This document shows positions 14,988-24,141 of a stretch of DNA of 40,983 bases, piece after piece. The position numbers were made by a program, and so were the translations under genes. A model generated the notes under the pieces. The model was not told the origin of the DNA. It was given only the letters and a program-made list of their open reading frames with translations, and ran no database searches. This DNA is from a virus (Duplodnaviria > Caudoviricetes): positions 1 to 40,983 of the IMG/VR virus record IMGVR_UViG_3300025160_000011, one strand, 5' to 3'. How positions within the stretch are numbered: position 1 is the stretch's first letter; each line of letters begins with the position of its first letter.

Positions 14988-16342
14988 TAGTATACCTTCT
15001 TATAACCTTGCTTTTCTGCCGCTGGCCAATCAGTAAGAAGAATCATTACTTCTTTTCCACTTGGATTTTTAACCTTAAGCTTTCCTACTGGAGGAATTCT
15101 TTGCTCAACTTTAGTAGGACTAGTCGATTCGACTTTAGTCGTTACTCCTGAAGAACCCAGTCGTTCCTGAATAATTTTTGCTTGTTCCTCATTAGCATTA
15201 AATCCAAGAATAGGTTTAAGATTAACCTTAACATTTCCTTTCTTATCAAAAATAATAAACTTAGACAAATCGGGTCTATCAGCAACTAATTGAGCAGCAG
15301 TAATATTACGTTTAGCTTGCAATGAAGTTCCAGATTCAGCACTAGTTGGAGCGTTGCTTCCTGGTCTTGCTAATCTACCCGGTCCAACTTGACTTGTTAA
15401 ATCTTTAACATCTCCTGCTTTATTAATTGCAATAACAGGACCTGGAGTCCCATCAGGATTCATAGCTTGAAATGGAACCCAACTATCCTTACTAGTTATT
15501 TCGCTTCTTACTCTTGCAATCTCAGCAGCATTATCAGCTTGAATCTTAGCAAGCTCGATTCTATTAAGCTGTTGATCACTTTCAATATCTTTTCTAATAT
15601 CTCCTTGAACCTGAGCGACTTGTAATCTTCCGCCAATATTAAGTCTAATCTTATCAAAGTCACTTAATTCATTGGACTTAACTCCTGTATCAATTGGCTG
15701 GCCTGTTTGAGGGTTAAGGCCAATAATCATTCCATCTTCTCTAATCTTAAATTCAAGTTCAGGATGATCATTTTTAAATTGAAGAAGTTCTAATTTCTTA
15801 TTATTTAATGCAATTTGTGATTGCTCTTTAGTTCTAATATCTTCATTCCTTCTAACCATTCTATCATTAGTCATCTCAGCTTGGGCTATTTGCCTAAGAA
15901 TATTATTCTCTTGCCTTTCATTAATCATTCCAGCCTGAGTAGGTTCAAGTTTAGCCTTCCAATCTTCCATCTTTCTATTATAAGGAGCATATAATGCTTG
16001 TTCCTGATTACCTCCACCTAATCCTACTATAGCAGATGCAATCTTTCTTAATACTCCAGGCTTATTACGCTCTGGTATAGTATCTAATAATTCACGAAAT
16101 CTATTAGACATTTCATCTTCCGGTTGATAGAGTTCTCCTAATCTACCTAATTCTCTATCGTTAGGTTGACTATCATAAATTTGTTCTGGAGAAGTTCCCA
16201 TAGTTGGAAAAGTAGGACTTGGCATTCTACCAGAACTTCCACCATAAATAGGAGGAGTTCCCATTGGATTAGTTCCAGTATTAGGAGATTGAGGAAGAAA
16301 GTTCTTCCAGTCAACAGACTGTAGAAAATCCATTAATGCCAT
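14987..16342 (-). CDS. Internal virion / ejection protein
   Basis: 451 aa, Pro-rich N-terminus and coiled-coil; middle of three ejection-type genes. Confidence 0.55.
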   Translation of the reverse strand: MALMDFLQSVDWKNFLPQSPNTGTNPMGTPPIYGGSSGRMPSPTFPTMGTSPEQIYDSQPNDRELGRLGELYQPEDEMSNRFRELLDTIPERNKPGVLRKIASAIVGLGGGNQEQALYAPYNRKMEDWKAKLEPTQAGMINERQENNILRQIAQAEMTNDRMVRRNEDIRTKEQSQIALNNKKLELLQFKNDHPELEFKIREDGMIIGLNPQTGQPIDTGVKSNELSDFDKIRLNIGGRLQVAQVQGDIRKDIESDQQLNRIELAKIQADNAAEIARVRSEITSKDSWVPFQAMNPDGTPGPVIAINKAGDVKDLTSQVGPGRLARPGSNAPTSAESGTSLQAKRNITAAQLVADRPDLSKFIIFDKKGNVKVNLKPILGFNANEEQAKIIQERLGSSGVTTKVESTSPTKVEQRIPPVGKLKVKNPSGKEVMILLTDWPAAEKQGYKKVY

Positions 16343-16354
16343 ATTATTTTACCA

Positions 16355-17038
16355 TTAAAGAAAGGGATAGATAACATTGCTGCCGATTTTAGCAATATCA
16401 CCTATTCTACCCATCGTATTTTCCCATTTACCAGGCATTTGACCTGCATTAATCTGAGCATTAATTAATCCAAGTCCTAATCCTTGCTGCAATCCCTCAC
16501 CAGCTAATCTCTGCTGGGTTGATTGTAATGCTCCAGATTGAGACAATGCACTTCTACCAGGGGTAGTTCCATAAGCTGAGAGTAGACCAGAGGCACCAAA
16601 TCTCTTACCTTCATTAACCATTTGAGCAATATTTGCCTCAGCATTACCAGCAGTATCACTCATTCCTTGACCATATTCTCTAGCCATTCTTCCTTGAAGA
16701 GAAGAATAACCTGGAGAATATTCACCCTGTAATGTTTTCTGCCTAGCAATATTCCTACCAGCATTACCATAAGCTGCTCTCATAGGAGATAGTGCTCTCG
16801 ATCTAATATGGCCTAAATCCTGATCAGAATATCCTCCGGTATCAGCAAATTCATTAAATCGTCCTTTAATAGCGCCATAATCTTCTTGATCAGAAGCTCT
16901 ATCACCCATATAATTCCGCCAAAACTCCTGATTTTGTGGAACTAGTGTATCAGTTCTTAGATTACTCAACTCATTTTGAGCCAATCCACCCTGGTAATCA
17001 ATTTGATTCCTTGCCCTCTTGTCGTCACCTTTCGCCAT
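16355..17038 (-). CDS. Internal virion / ejection (pilot-like) protein
   Basis: Gly/Gln/Ala-rich 227 aa following the GNAT-like gene, as for P22 gp7 or T7 gp14. Confidence 0.55.
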   Translation of the reverse strand: MAKGDDKRARNQIDYQGGLAQNELSNLRTDTLVPQNQEFWRNYMGDRASDQEDYGAIKGRFNEFADTGGYSDQDLGHIRSRALSPMRAAYGNAGRNIARQKTLQGEYSPGYSSLQGRMAREYGQGMSDTAGNAEANIAQMVNEGKRFGASGLLSAYGTTPGRSALSQSGALQSTQQRLAGEGLQQGLGLGLINAQINAGQMPGKWENTMGRIGDIAKIGSNVIYPFL

Positions 17039-17051
17039 AAGTTCCTCTTAA

Positions 17052-17435
17052 TTAAAGCTGATACACTAACGATTTCCCTTTAGTAGGATTGAACCCGTTC
17101 TTAATTAGATGACTCATCCAACTATTATCTTGAACAAATGTATGAACTTCCTTATATCCCAAGTTATCAGCAGAGAAGAGAATAGCTTGAAATAGATTAA
17201 ATAATGCTTCTCTCTTTACTCTAGAACTGCAATCCTTATTAGTCAATACTACAATCTCAGCAATTGGCCGTATTCCTCCAACTGTAATAATTTCCTTATT
17301 AGTATCATTAAGGATTGAAAAAACTGAATGATAATCTTTTAGAAAATCAGGAAACTTAAATTCACTCTTATAAAACTTATCATGAATTACTCTTGCATTA
17401 TCAACTTCAGAAGGATCAAATACTTTTATAATCAT
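17052..17435 (-). CDS. GNAT-fold virion assembly protein (T7 gp13-like)
   Basis: 127 aa; LGYKEVHTFV...HLIKNGF pattern; lies just before the ejection genes. Confidence 0.55.
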   Translation of the reverse strand: MIIKVFDPSEVDNARVIHDKFYKSEFKFPDFLKDYHSVFSILNDTNKEIITVGGIRPIAEIVVLTNKDCSSRVKREALFNLFQAILFSADNLGYKEVHTFVQDNSWMSHLIKNGFNPTKGKSLVYQL

Positions 17436-17847
17436 CCTTCACTCCCGATCCAATCCAGTAAAAGACTCGCTTAGCTTTAGTAGTAGGTCTAATATCAACA
17501 TGAATGAAAGTAGTATATAATCCTAATCCTCCAATTCCAATTGGAAGATCAGTCATTCTTTTAACTTTAAGATAGAATTCCTCAATAGTCAAGTTACTAT
17601 GCTTTAGATCAAGCGCCCTTCCTTGAATATGCTGACTATTAACCGCCCCGCCAATTTTCTTATTCCACTCAATCGTTCTAAATGCTGAAACTACATAAAT
17701 TGGTTTATTCCCACATTCCTCTCGAACTAATTCGTAGACATTAGAAAGTTGGATCGCTCGATTATTCCTCCATTCTTCAGGATAAGAAGTTCCATCTTTA
17801 CAAGCTAATTCTTTCCAGCTTAAATGTTTGGATGGTCCTTTTATCAT
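17416..17847 (-). CDS. Peptidase M15 (Zn D-Ala-D-Ala-type) endolysin
   Basis: HLSWKELACKDG, VSAFR, SQHIQGRALD and FIHVDIR Zn-ligand motifs. Confidence 0.9.
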   Translation of the reverse strand: MIKGPSKHLSWKELACKDGTSYPEEWRNNRAIQLSNVYELVREECGNKPIYVVSAFRTIEWNKKIGGAVNSQHIQGRALDLKHSNLTIEEFYLKVKRMTDLPIGIGGLGLYTTFIHVDIRPTTKAKRVFYWIGSGVKDDYKSI

Positions 17848-17851
17848 ACTA

Positions 17852-18727
17852 TTAACCGTCTACCCTTTGAATAGAAAATCCACTTCTAGCTGCTATTACA
17901 TTTATTGACGTATCTGTCTCTTGAAGAAGATAAGCATCAAAGTAATCTCCTGCAATAACAGAAATACCCAATAAAGTTACTGCTATATCCTTGGCAGTAG
18001 TTCCAACCTCAGTTCCCTGTGCAATAACTACTGTTCCATTAAGACGAATATAAAGAAAAGTAAATAAACTACTAGTTAAAGCTTCCAATCTTACCCAGGC
18101 ACCCACGTTAACTTTGCTAACTCCAGAAGGAATAGTAAATCGATCATTATTAACTGCATTATCATGATATCCACCAGTATCATATTCCTCTGAATCCCAA
18201 GCTATTACAGCTCCAGCACTATAATTAGCACCAATTTGATCCGCCGCTTTTAATACCTTAGATCCACTAAATGTATAGCCTCCCCCTAATGAATATGTTA
18301 CTCCGTTAATTCTAACCCTTAAATTATTTGAAGTAGAATTATACCAAATATCTCCATCAGCAGGAGAAGAAGGATCGCCTGCTTGAGATCCAACATTAAT
18401 ACCTGCATTAGTTCCATCGGGATTAAAAGTTTGTTTTACTCCATCTGGAAATGCAATTATTCCTGTATCTCCAATGGTAATTAGACTATCCTGAACAACT
18501 ATTCCCCCGGTTCCATTCCACCTAACAATTGCATTATCAGTAGATGCACCGGGGCCAGTTACATTAGATGTAACTGATAAAGAATAAGATTCCCAAGTAG
18601 TCCCGTTGGATCGTTCAAGAGCTTCAGTATCGGTAGAATAATATAGAGTTCCAGCAACAACAGCAGTAGCTAACGGCCGAGCTGCTGCTAATCCTCTTTG
18701 AATTACGTCTTCTAATCTACTAGCCAT
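17852..18727 (-). CDS. Tail fibre / receptor-binding protein with C1q/TNF-like C-terminal domain
   Basis: GTLYYSTDT and DGDIWYNST fibre motifs; IAWDSEEYDTGGYHD...RFTIPSG...GDYF resembles gC1q. Confidence 0.7.
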   Translation of the reverse strand: MASRLEDVIQRGLAAARPLATAVVAGTLYYSTDTEALERSNGTTWESYSLSVTSNVTGPGASTDNAIVRWNGTGGIVVQDSLITIGDTGIIAFPDGVKQTFNPDGTNAGINVGSQAGDPSSPADGDIWYNSTSNNLRVRINGVTYSLGGGYTFSGSKVLKAADQIGANYSAGAVIAWDSEEYDTGGYHDNAVNNDRFTIPSGVSKVNVGAWVRLEALTSSLFTFLYIRLNGTVVIAQGTEVGTTAKDIAVTLLGISVIAGDYFDAYLLQETDTSINVIAARSGFSIQRVDG

Positions 18728-19018
18728 TTAAGTTAGTCTTTCCCAATAATTGATTGATGGAGGGCCCGGTAGTAAATTCCACATTCCATATCCTAAAGTA
18801 ACTGAGGGATCATTTGTATCCCTAGAAATATAAATCCCTCTAATTGGAATAGTTTGAAGAGGAATATAAGTCCACATTCCATTAATTCTTATGTAAAATT
18901 TGACTGTATCTGTTTCTATAAAGGTATGCCCATCTAGAGCATCACTATCTTTAGTATCGGTAGATAAACCAAAATGAATACATTGATTAACTTGTTGAGC
19001 TAAAGTTATTATACTCAT
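18728..19018 (-). CDS. Small tail-fibre-associated protein
   Basis: GLSTDTK...GHTFIETDT.KFY; P...LGYG.W...YWER.T (T4 gp10/gp12-like tail motif). Confidence 0.55.
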   Translation of the reverse strand: MSIITLAQQVNQCIHFGLSTDTKDSDALDGHTFIETDTVKFYIRINGMWTYIPLQTIPIRGIYISRDTNDPSVTLGYGMWNLLPGPPSINYWERLT

Positions 19019-19019
19019 T

Positions 19020-19544
19020 TCAAATGACTTGATAAGTAAAAGTAAAATACATTGGTTGATTAGTTAAATCAGCAGAAATCCATTCCATTTGCGCTCGATT
19101 ATTAGCAGCATCTCCTAGTATTCCTGCACCCTGTCCTGCAATAGCTGAGGCGAATGCTACTCCTCCAACATCCTCAACTGCTCCGATATTAGATGCTATT
19201 GGTAGACTTATACCTAATTGAGTAACAACAGCAGCAGCAGTGGGATCTACATCAACTCTTCCACTAACAGTCACTGTATTACCCACTCTTAAATATTGAC
19301 ATTCATAAGCCGTCGATGCAGTTAAATTAGCAACATTAGCTAAAGTTGGAGTATAAGTTCCACTAATTAAAGTAATAATATATGACTCCCAAGCTGCTCC
19401 AGTCGATCGTTCAATAATTCCTTCATCAGTAACATAGTATAAAGTTCCTGGTAATACATCAGTAGCTAATGGCTGATTGGCTCTAGTATCTCTCCTATGA
19501 GTATAAGCAGTTTTACGATAATCTTGCGGTGGACTTAATGGCAT
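19020..19544 (-). CDS. Short tail fibre protein
   Basis: N-terminus paralogous to 17852-18727; SGTYTPTL...YLRVGNTVTVSG fibre-tip motif. Confidence 0.7.
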   Translation of the reverse strand: MPLSPPQDYRKTAYTHRRDTRANQPLATDVLPGTLYYVTDEGIIERSTGAAWESYIITLISGTYTPTLANVANLTASTAYECQYLRVGNTVTVSGRVDVDPTAAAVVTQLGISLPIASNIGAVEDVGGVAFASAIAGQGAGILGDAANNRAQMEWISADLTNQPMYFTFTYQVI

Positions 19545-19547
19545 ATT

Positions 19548-20021
19548 CTAAACCGGAACAAATAGAGCAATTGCTTCGCCACCAGCAAAGATAAAATCAG
19601 TCTCATCAACATTACCATCAGTTAATAATGTCCAGTATCCTGCTGCGGTAGGATTAGAATTAATTGTTCGTTGATTAGCAACTGTATCATCAAAAATAAT
19701 TCCTAATCCTGCTAATAATTGCCTACTATTTGGTAAATCTGCACTTTCATCATCAACTGTAATATAAGTTAAATCGGCAAGTGCTCCTAATAATACATTG
19801 ATCGTATTGTTAATAGTCGTAATTGAATTATTAATACTGCTAATATCTCCAGTAATATTAGTTATATCTCCTGCTAGCAAATCTCTTGATTGTCTTAAAC
19901 TGTCAATTAGACCATTAATAGTTTGATAGAGCGCATTGTTCTCAGTTTGAGTTTTAGAGTTTAATAGACTAACCTTTAATCTATTAAAATCCGGCTGAGA
20001 ATCTCTAATCTTAAATGCCAC
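19548..20021 (-). CDS. Tail-associated coiled-coil protein
   Basis: Heptad I/N repeats (ITNITGDISSINNSITTINNTI) and LPNSRQLLAG.GI motif. Confidence 0.55.
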   Translation of the reverse strand: MAFKIRDSQPDFNRLKVSLLNSKTQTENNALYQTINGLIDSLRQSRDLLAGDITNITGDISSINNSITTINNTINVLLGALADLTYITVDDESADLPNSRQLLAGLGIIFDDTVANQRTINSNPTAAGYWTLLTDGNVDETDFIFAGGEAIALFVPV

Positions 20022-20027
20022 TATAGA

Positions 20028-20333
20028 TTAACCTGGATAAGACGAATAGAGTTCTTTAGTAAACATGATAACCCTATTAATTCTAAAGTATTCATTAATT
20101 GCATCAGTCTTTAATTCTAATGAAACTCGCTGACTCCAAAAATTAGCTAATCTAGTCGGTTGAATTGCTGTAGCAGCGCTCATTGTAATATCAACTAATG
20201 CTTGAGAATCTACATCATCAAGAGAATAAAGAGTTAATTCTAAATTACCACTACCAACAACCCTCATTCTAATAGCATTAATATGAGAGATATTCTCTCC
20301 TCTACTTCCATTAGGTCTAGTAGTTCCTGCCAT
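20028..20333 (-). CDS. Virion protein resembling the C-terminal beta domain of podovirus nozzle proteins
   Basis: HINAIRMRVVGSG.LELTL...QRVSLELKT....YFRINRV pattern. Confidence 0.45.
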   Translation of the reverse strand: MAGTTRPNGSRGENISHINAIRMRVVGSGNLELTLYSLDDVDSQALVDITMSAATAIQPTRLANFWSQRVSLELKTDAINEYFRINRVIMFTKELYSSYPG

Positions 20334-21950
20334 TTATTCCCCTATTAACGGAAGTCTAACATAAGGATCAGGAATTTTAACATCTACTGTAGTTCTTTCT
20401 TCTGGACTAACCCATAAAGTATCCTGTCTTTTAGCAGGAACAATCCTATAAATTCCTGAGTATTGAGAACTTAATCTGGTATTAGTTACAGTAACTACTA
20501 CTGTCTCATTTTCAGCTACATCAATATTAGTATTAGGGCTTCCATCACTAACATCATATTCGGTTAGATATAGGGTATTGGGAGTTTCAATAATTGAATA
20601 TCCTGAACCAGGAGTAATACCACTAAAAATTTGTTGTCCCCCATTAACTAAATTAAATGATCCCGGAGCTAATCCACCTCCAGCCGTAAAAGCAAAAGAT
20701 TGAGTATCAGTAGAAGGAATTGTTATTTTATTAACAATAATTGTTCCGGTTGTTAATACTGATATTGCACCAATCCAATCAATATTTGAATAAATTAATA
20801 TCCCAGCTGCTGGATCAGTTCCTGTAATAAGTTCTAAATTTATTAAATCCCCAATAACAAATGTATCTGTTGCAGTACTATCAAAAAATCCAGTAGAGTT
20901 TGCAGGAATTGTAACAATATTATTTCCAGTTATTCCATTAGTTCTCCAACTTAAAGTAGAAGGATTATCAATATTATTAGTGCTTACATAAATACATAAT
21001 GAAATTGCCTGGCCATTAAGGGGAACTTCTGTTTCTACTTCAGCTTCGGTTACAGCAGGCCAATTGGAACCTCCAGGAAGAATATAATTTGTCTGATTTT
21101 CCCCAACTGTTCTACCAATTTGACCGCATCCGCCAGTCCATTGATTTGTTATAGAAACTAAATCAATTGCATAGGCATTGAGAGTAGCGGTTCCACTAGT
21201 ATAAGCAGGACTTTCGGTTACCCAATTTACTAAGTCATTATTAACTAAAGCTTCTGTATTAACAATATCCTCAAACCATCCACTAGTTCCTGCAGGGATA
21301 GTTACGACAATACTTGTATCAATTCCATTTTTCTGAAAAGTAACAAAAAAATTGGCATCTGAAGTATTGGAACGTGCTTTAACAGCGGCATTTCTAGCTG
21401 TTAATGAAGTGTGAATACAATCTTGAGATCCATCAATTGATACTCTGGGACTAATTTGTCCCCAAAGTGAAGTATATCGAGCAGATCCCGTCGTTACATT
21501 ATTAAAGGAATAAAGTGAACAGGCTCTTGAAATTGTATCTGCTGCATTATCAGCCGTAAAAATCGCTGATAATCCACTAGTAACTATATTATTAAATTCA
21601 AATGCAACGGTAACTATAGTATTAAGTAAATCCCCAGCAGCAACATGATCAGTATTGGTAATATCACTAAAATAACCTGTAGCTCCTGCGGGAATAGTAA
21701 ATACAGAATTTCCATTAGCTGAGTTAATACGAATTCGAGCAGTCGCAGTTGCAACCGTCATCGAATTTTGATAGACCTGCATCCCGAAATTGGACAGAGT
21801 TCCAGGATCCCTAATTAAAAGTTGTGCCCTATCTTCAAAAGGATTAGTAGATTGTCCCCAATTATTTGAACTTAATGTCTGATACGTATTTCCGCCAATA
21901 AGAATATTAGTTCCCTGACCATTACCGGATAGCCAAAGAGCAGCCCCCAT
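20334..21950 (-). CDS. Tail appendage/adhesin with three tandem beta domains and a SpaA/prealbumin-like domain
   Basis: Three TIPA..TG.F.D...T....GDL.N repeats; GTIIVNKIT...F.FT...YSIIET...VTVTNT. Confidence 0.6.
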   Translation of the reverse strand: MGAALWLSGNGQGTNILIGGNTYQTLSSNNWGQSTNPFEDRAQLLIRDPGTLSNFGMQVYQNSMTVATATARIRINSANGNSVFTIPAGATGYFSDITNTDHVAAGDLLNTIVTVAFEFNNIVTSGLSAIFTADNAADTISRACSLYSFNNVTTGSARYTSLWGQISPRVSIDGSQDCIHTSLTARNAAVKARSNTSDANFFVTFQKNGIDTSIVVTIPAGTSGWFEDIVNTEALVNNDLVNWVTESPAYTSGTATLNAYAIDLVSITNQWTGGCGQIGRTVGENQTNYILPGGSNWPAVTEAEVETEVPLNGQAISLCIYVSTNNIDNPSTLSWRTNGITGNNIVTIPANSTGFFDSTATDTFVIGDLINLELITGTDPAAGILIYSNIDWIGAISVLTTGTIIVNKITIPSTDTQSFAFTAGGGLAPGSFNLVNGGQQIFSGITPGSGYSIIETPNTLYLTEYDVSDGSPNTNIDVAENETVVVTVTNTRLSSQYSGIYRIVPAKRQDTLWVSPEERTTVDVKIPDPYVRLPLIGE

Positions 21951-22147
21951 TAATGTGCCTTAGCCTCCTTATTCTTAGCAGCTTGTTCTTTGTAAATATC
22001 TTCAGCAGACATTCCAACATGAACATCACAAACACTTAATATAGAATAAGTCAAAATTCGTTCTTTAACAGGAATATCCAAGTCAATATGAATTCCCAAA
22101 ATACATTTACAGGTATTCAGACGCCACATTGTCATATGATGTTTCAT
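21950..22147 (-). CDS. Hypothetical protein (possible fibre chaperone)
   Basis: 65 aa, overlap-coupled on both sides; W...TCKC...CDVH. Confidence 0.6.
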   Translation of the reverse strand: MKHHMTMWRLNTCKCILGIHIDLDIPVKERILTYSILSVCDVHVGMSAEDIYKEQAAKNKEAKAH

Positions 22148-24054
22148 ATTGCCTGCTCCGCTCCAATAACTACAGTATTTGTATTAATCAATGTAATTGT
22201 AGTAGTCTCAATATCAAATCTCCACTTTGCCCATTTAATATCCTTAGCATTTAATCCATCATCATAAAATCCAACAAGCATTTTCTTATCAGGCAAAGTC
22301 ATATAGATAATCTGCTTAAGGGAATCATTTAAGATTTGAATATTCCCAAAATCATTTCTATCTAATGCAAGCCAAAAATCAGCAATCTTCCAAGTTAATT
22401 CTGGCCTTGCATACATACCATTAAAGACCATAATACCAGACCAATCGACAATAATTAAATAATCGATGTTTACTCCTCCACTATCTAAAACAGTTGCAAC
22501 TCCATGAACAGAAGCACCAATACCCAAATCAATAGGAATAACAGCCCAAGTTGAAGGAAGGTCACCATTATCAGCTATTGCATAAGTTCGAGTTTTCTTA
22601 AAAGAATAAAAAATATCTCTAAATTCTGAACCATTAGTCAATGGATTTCCATCAAGAGGAACTATAGAGAAACCATCAACTTGATCAAATGCTTCAGGTT
22701 CTCCAGGAGAAGAAAATCTAACTACTGAAATATCATCAAAAGATGCCCAGAGCGCCATTCGTCCATTATATGTTCCTAATCCTACCCCTGCTGGAATCTG
22801 AGCAAAGTTATCAATTAAGTAACTTGCATCCTCTAATAAATCAGCATCATAAAATGAAACAGTTAATTCAGTAGTTACATTATCCTCAATTGTTCCGTCT
22901 GGAATAAAGAAAAATTGATAAGCAAATTGACCTGCTAAATTATTACCATTGAAATTATTAATAGCTTTAGTCGCTACTAAATGCCTTCGTATTATAAAGC
23001 CATTAGGTGATACTGGAATTCCTGCTACATCAATAGCTTTATTAAGATTGACAAAAGACTGAACAGCAAAAAACTCAGGGCCAGGTGCAGTAAGATAACC
23101 TGTATCGGTTTCATATACTACTCCAATTACATGAAGTCCTAAGTCACAATATCCATCAGTCTCACTATTAGCAGCAGTTATCCCGCCACTAGTAGGATTA
23201 GGAAGAACCCCAGGAACGAATGCAGTAATAAGATCAACATCAGCAATATTAAGAATCGTGCTTACATCGACATTACTAGGAATAGTCTTGACTAGATAAA
23301 ATATGTAACTACTCGTATCAGGATCCCAATCTTCTGGATCAATAGATCGGGTCATCCACATTTTACGTTCAGTTACTCCAGGTTCAGCAGTTACATGAAT
23401 ATTATTAACGATTACTTGTTTATCTCCAGGAGCATATAAGACTGCTCTAATAGTAGGACCGATTCCAATAGAATCATTAACCCCATCACTATAAGTGAAT
23501 CCAATAACATGAATTCCTTTTCCAACTACTCCATCAATAGTTGAATTGAAAGCAATTAGAGGAATATCATCCTCATCATTCTCTGGAGGATCACCTCCTG
23601 CTAATCTAGCAGCAGTTCCATCCCCTCTGTAAACATAGAGAAATTCATCCTCTAATCCTTTTTGGTAATTATATCCATTATCATCAACGAATGTAGTAAA
23701 AGGAGTAATATAAGCTCTACCCGCCCATCCCTGAAATCCAAAATCGGTCATTCCAGATATAGATAAAATTGGACCATAAACAGTATTACTGCCATCTAAT
23801 AAAGCATGCCAAATATTACCATCAGTATCTAATAATAGTAAACTTTCACCTGTTTGCATTATATAATTATAAATTCTTAGAACATTACCCTTAGCAATTA
23901 AAGTATCTAATCCATCTCTAGTTTCAAACCCTGATTCAAAATGCTGAACATTTTCACTATCTATAAAATGATCAATAGGGACACTATCAGCATCTCCTCT
24001 AATCCAGAGGCCATTGAATTCCTCTAATACAGTTTCTTGATGATCTCTAATCAT
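22144..24054 (-). CDS. Tail nozzle / tubular protein B (P22 gp10 / T7 gp12-like)
   Basis: N-terminal F.GL....D.......SENV......ETRDG; beta-propeller-like YNGRMALW..VRFS.PGEPE.F; position after the adaptor. Confidence 0.7.
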   Translation of the reverse strand: MIRDHQETVLEEFNGLWIRGDADSVPIDHFIDSENVQHFESGFETRDGLDTLIAKGNVLRIYNYIMQTGESLLLLDTDGNIWHALLDGSNTVYGPILSISGMTDFGFQGWAGRAYITPFTTFVDDNGYNYQKGLEDEFLYVYRGDGTAARLAGGDPPENDEDDIPLIAFNSTIDGVVGKGIHVIGFTYSDGVNDSIGIGPTIRAVLYAPGDKQVIVNNIHVTAEPGVTERKMWMTRSIDPEDWDPDTSSYIFYLVKTIPSNVDVSTILNIADVDLITAFVPGVLPNPTSGGITAANSETDGYCDLGLHVIGVVYETDTGYLTAPGPEFFAVQSFVNLNKAIDVAGIPVSPNGFIIRRHLVATKAINNFNGNNLAGQFAYQFFFIPDGTIEDNVTTELTVSFYDADLLEDASYLIDNFAQIPAGVGLGTYNGRMALWASFDDISVVRFSSPGEPEAFDQVDGFSIVPLDGNPLTNGSEFRDIFYSFKKTRTYAIADNGDLPSTWAVIPIDLGIGASVHGVATVLDSGGVNIDYLIIVDWSGIMVFNGMYARPELTWKIADFWLALDRNDFGNIQILNDSLKQIIYMTLPDKKMLVGFYDDGLNAKDIKWAKWRFDIETTTITLINTNTVVIGAEQAI

Positions 24055-24093
24055 TTTCTCTTGAATAGTCGCTTAATCAACCAAATAAATAAC

Positions 24094-24129
24094 TGGAGAG
24101 GAGTTCCGATATTCATTAACTCCTCTCCA
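24094..24129 (-). terminator. Probable intrinsic terminator
   Basis: Perfect 12-bp stem TGGAGAGGAGTT/AACTCCTCTCCA followed on - by GTTATTTATTT, just after the stop at 24142. Confidence 0.55.
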
Positions 24130-24141
24130 ATTCTAAATCAA

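Noticed and set aside
17852-21950. Diversity-generating retroelement or shufflon acting on fibres
   Set aside because: No reverse transcriptase, no adenine-specific TR/VR pair, no invertase; all fibre genes share one orientation.
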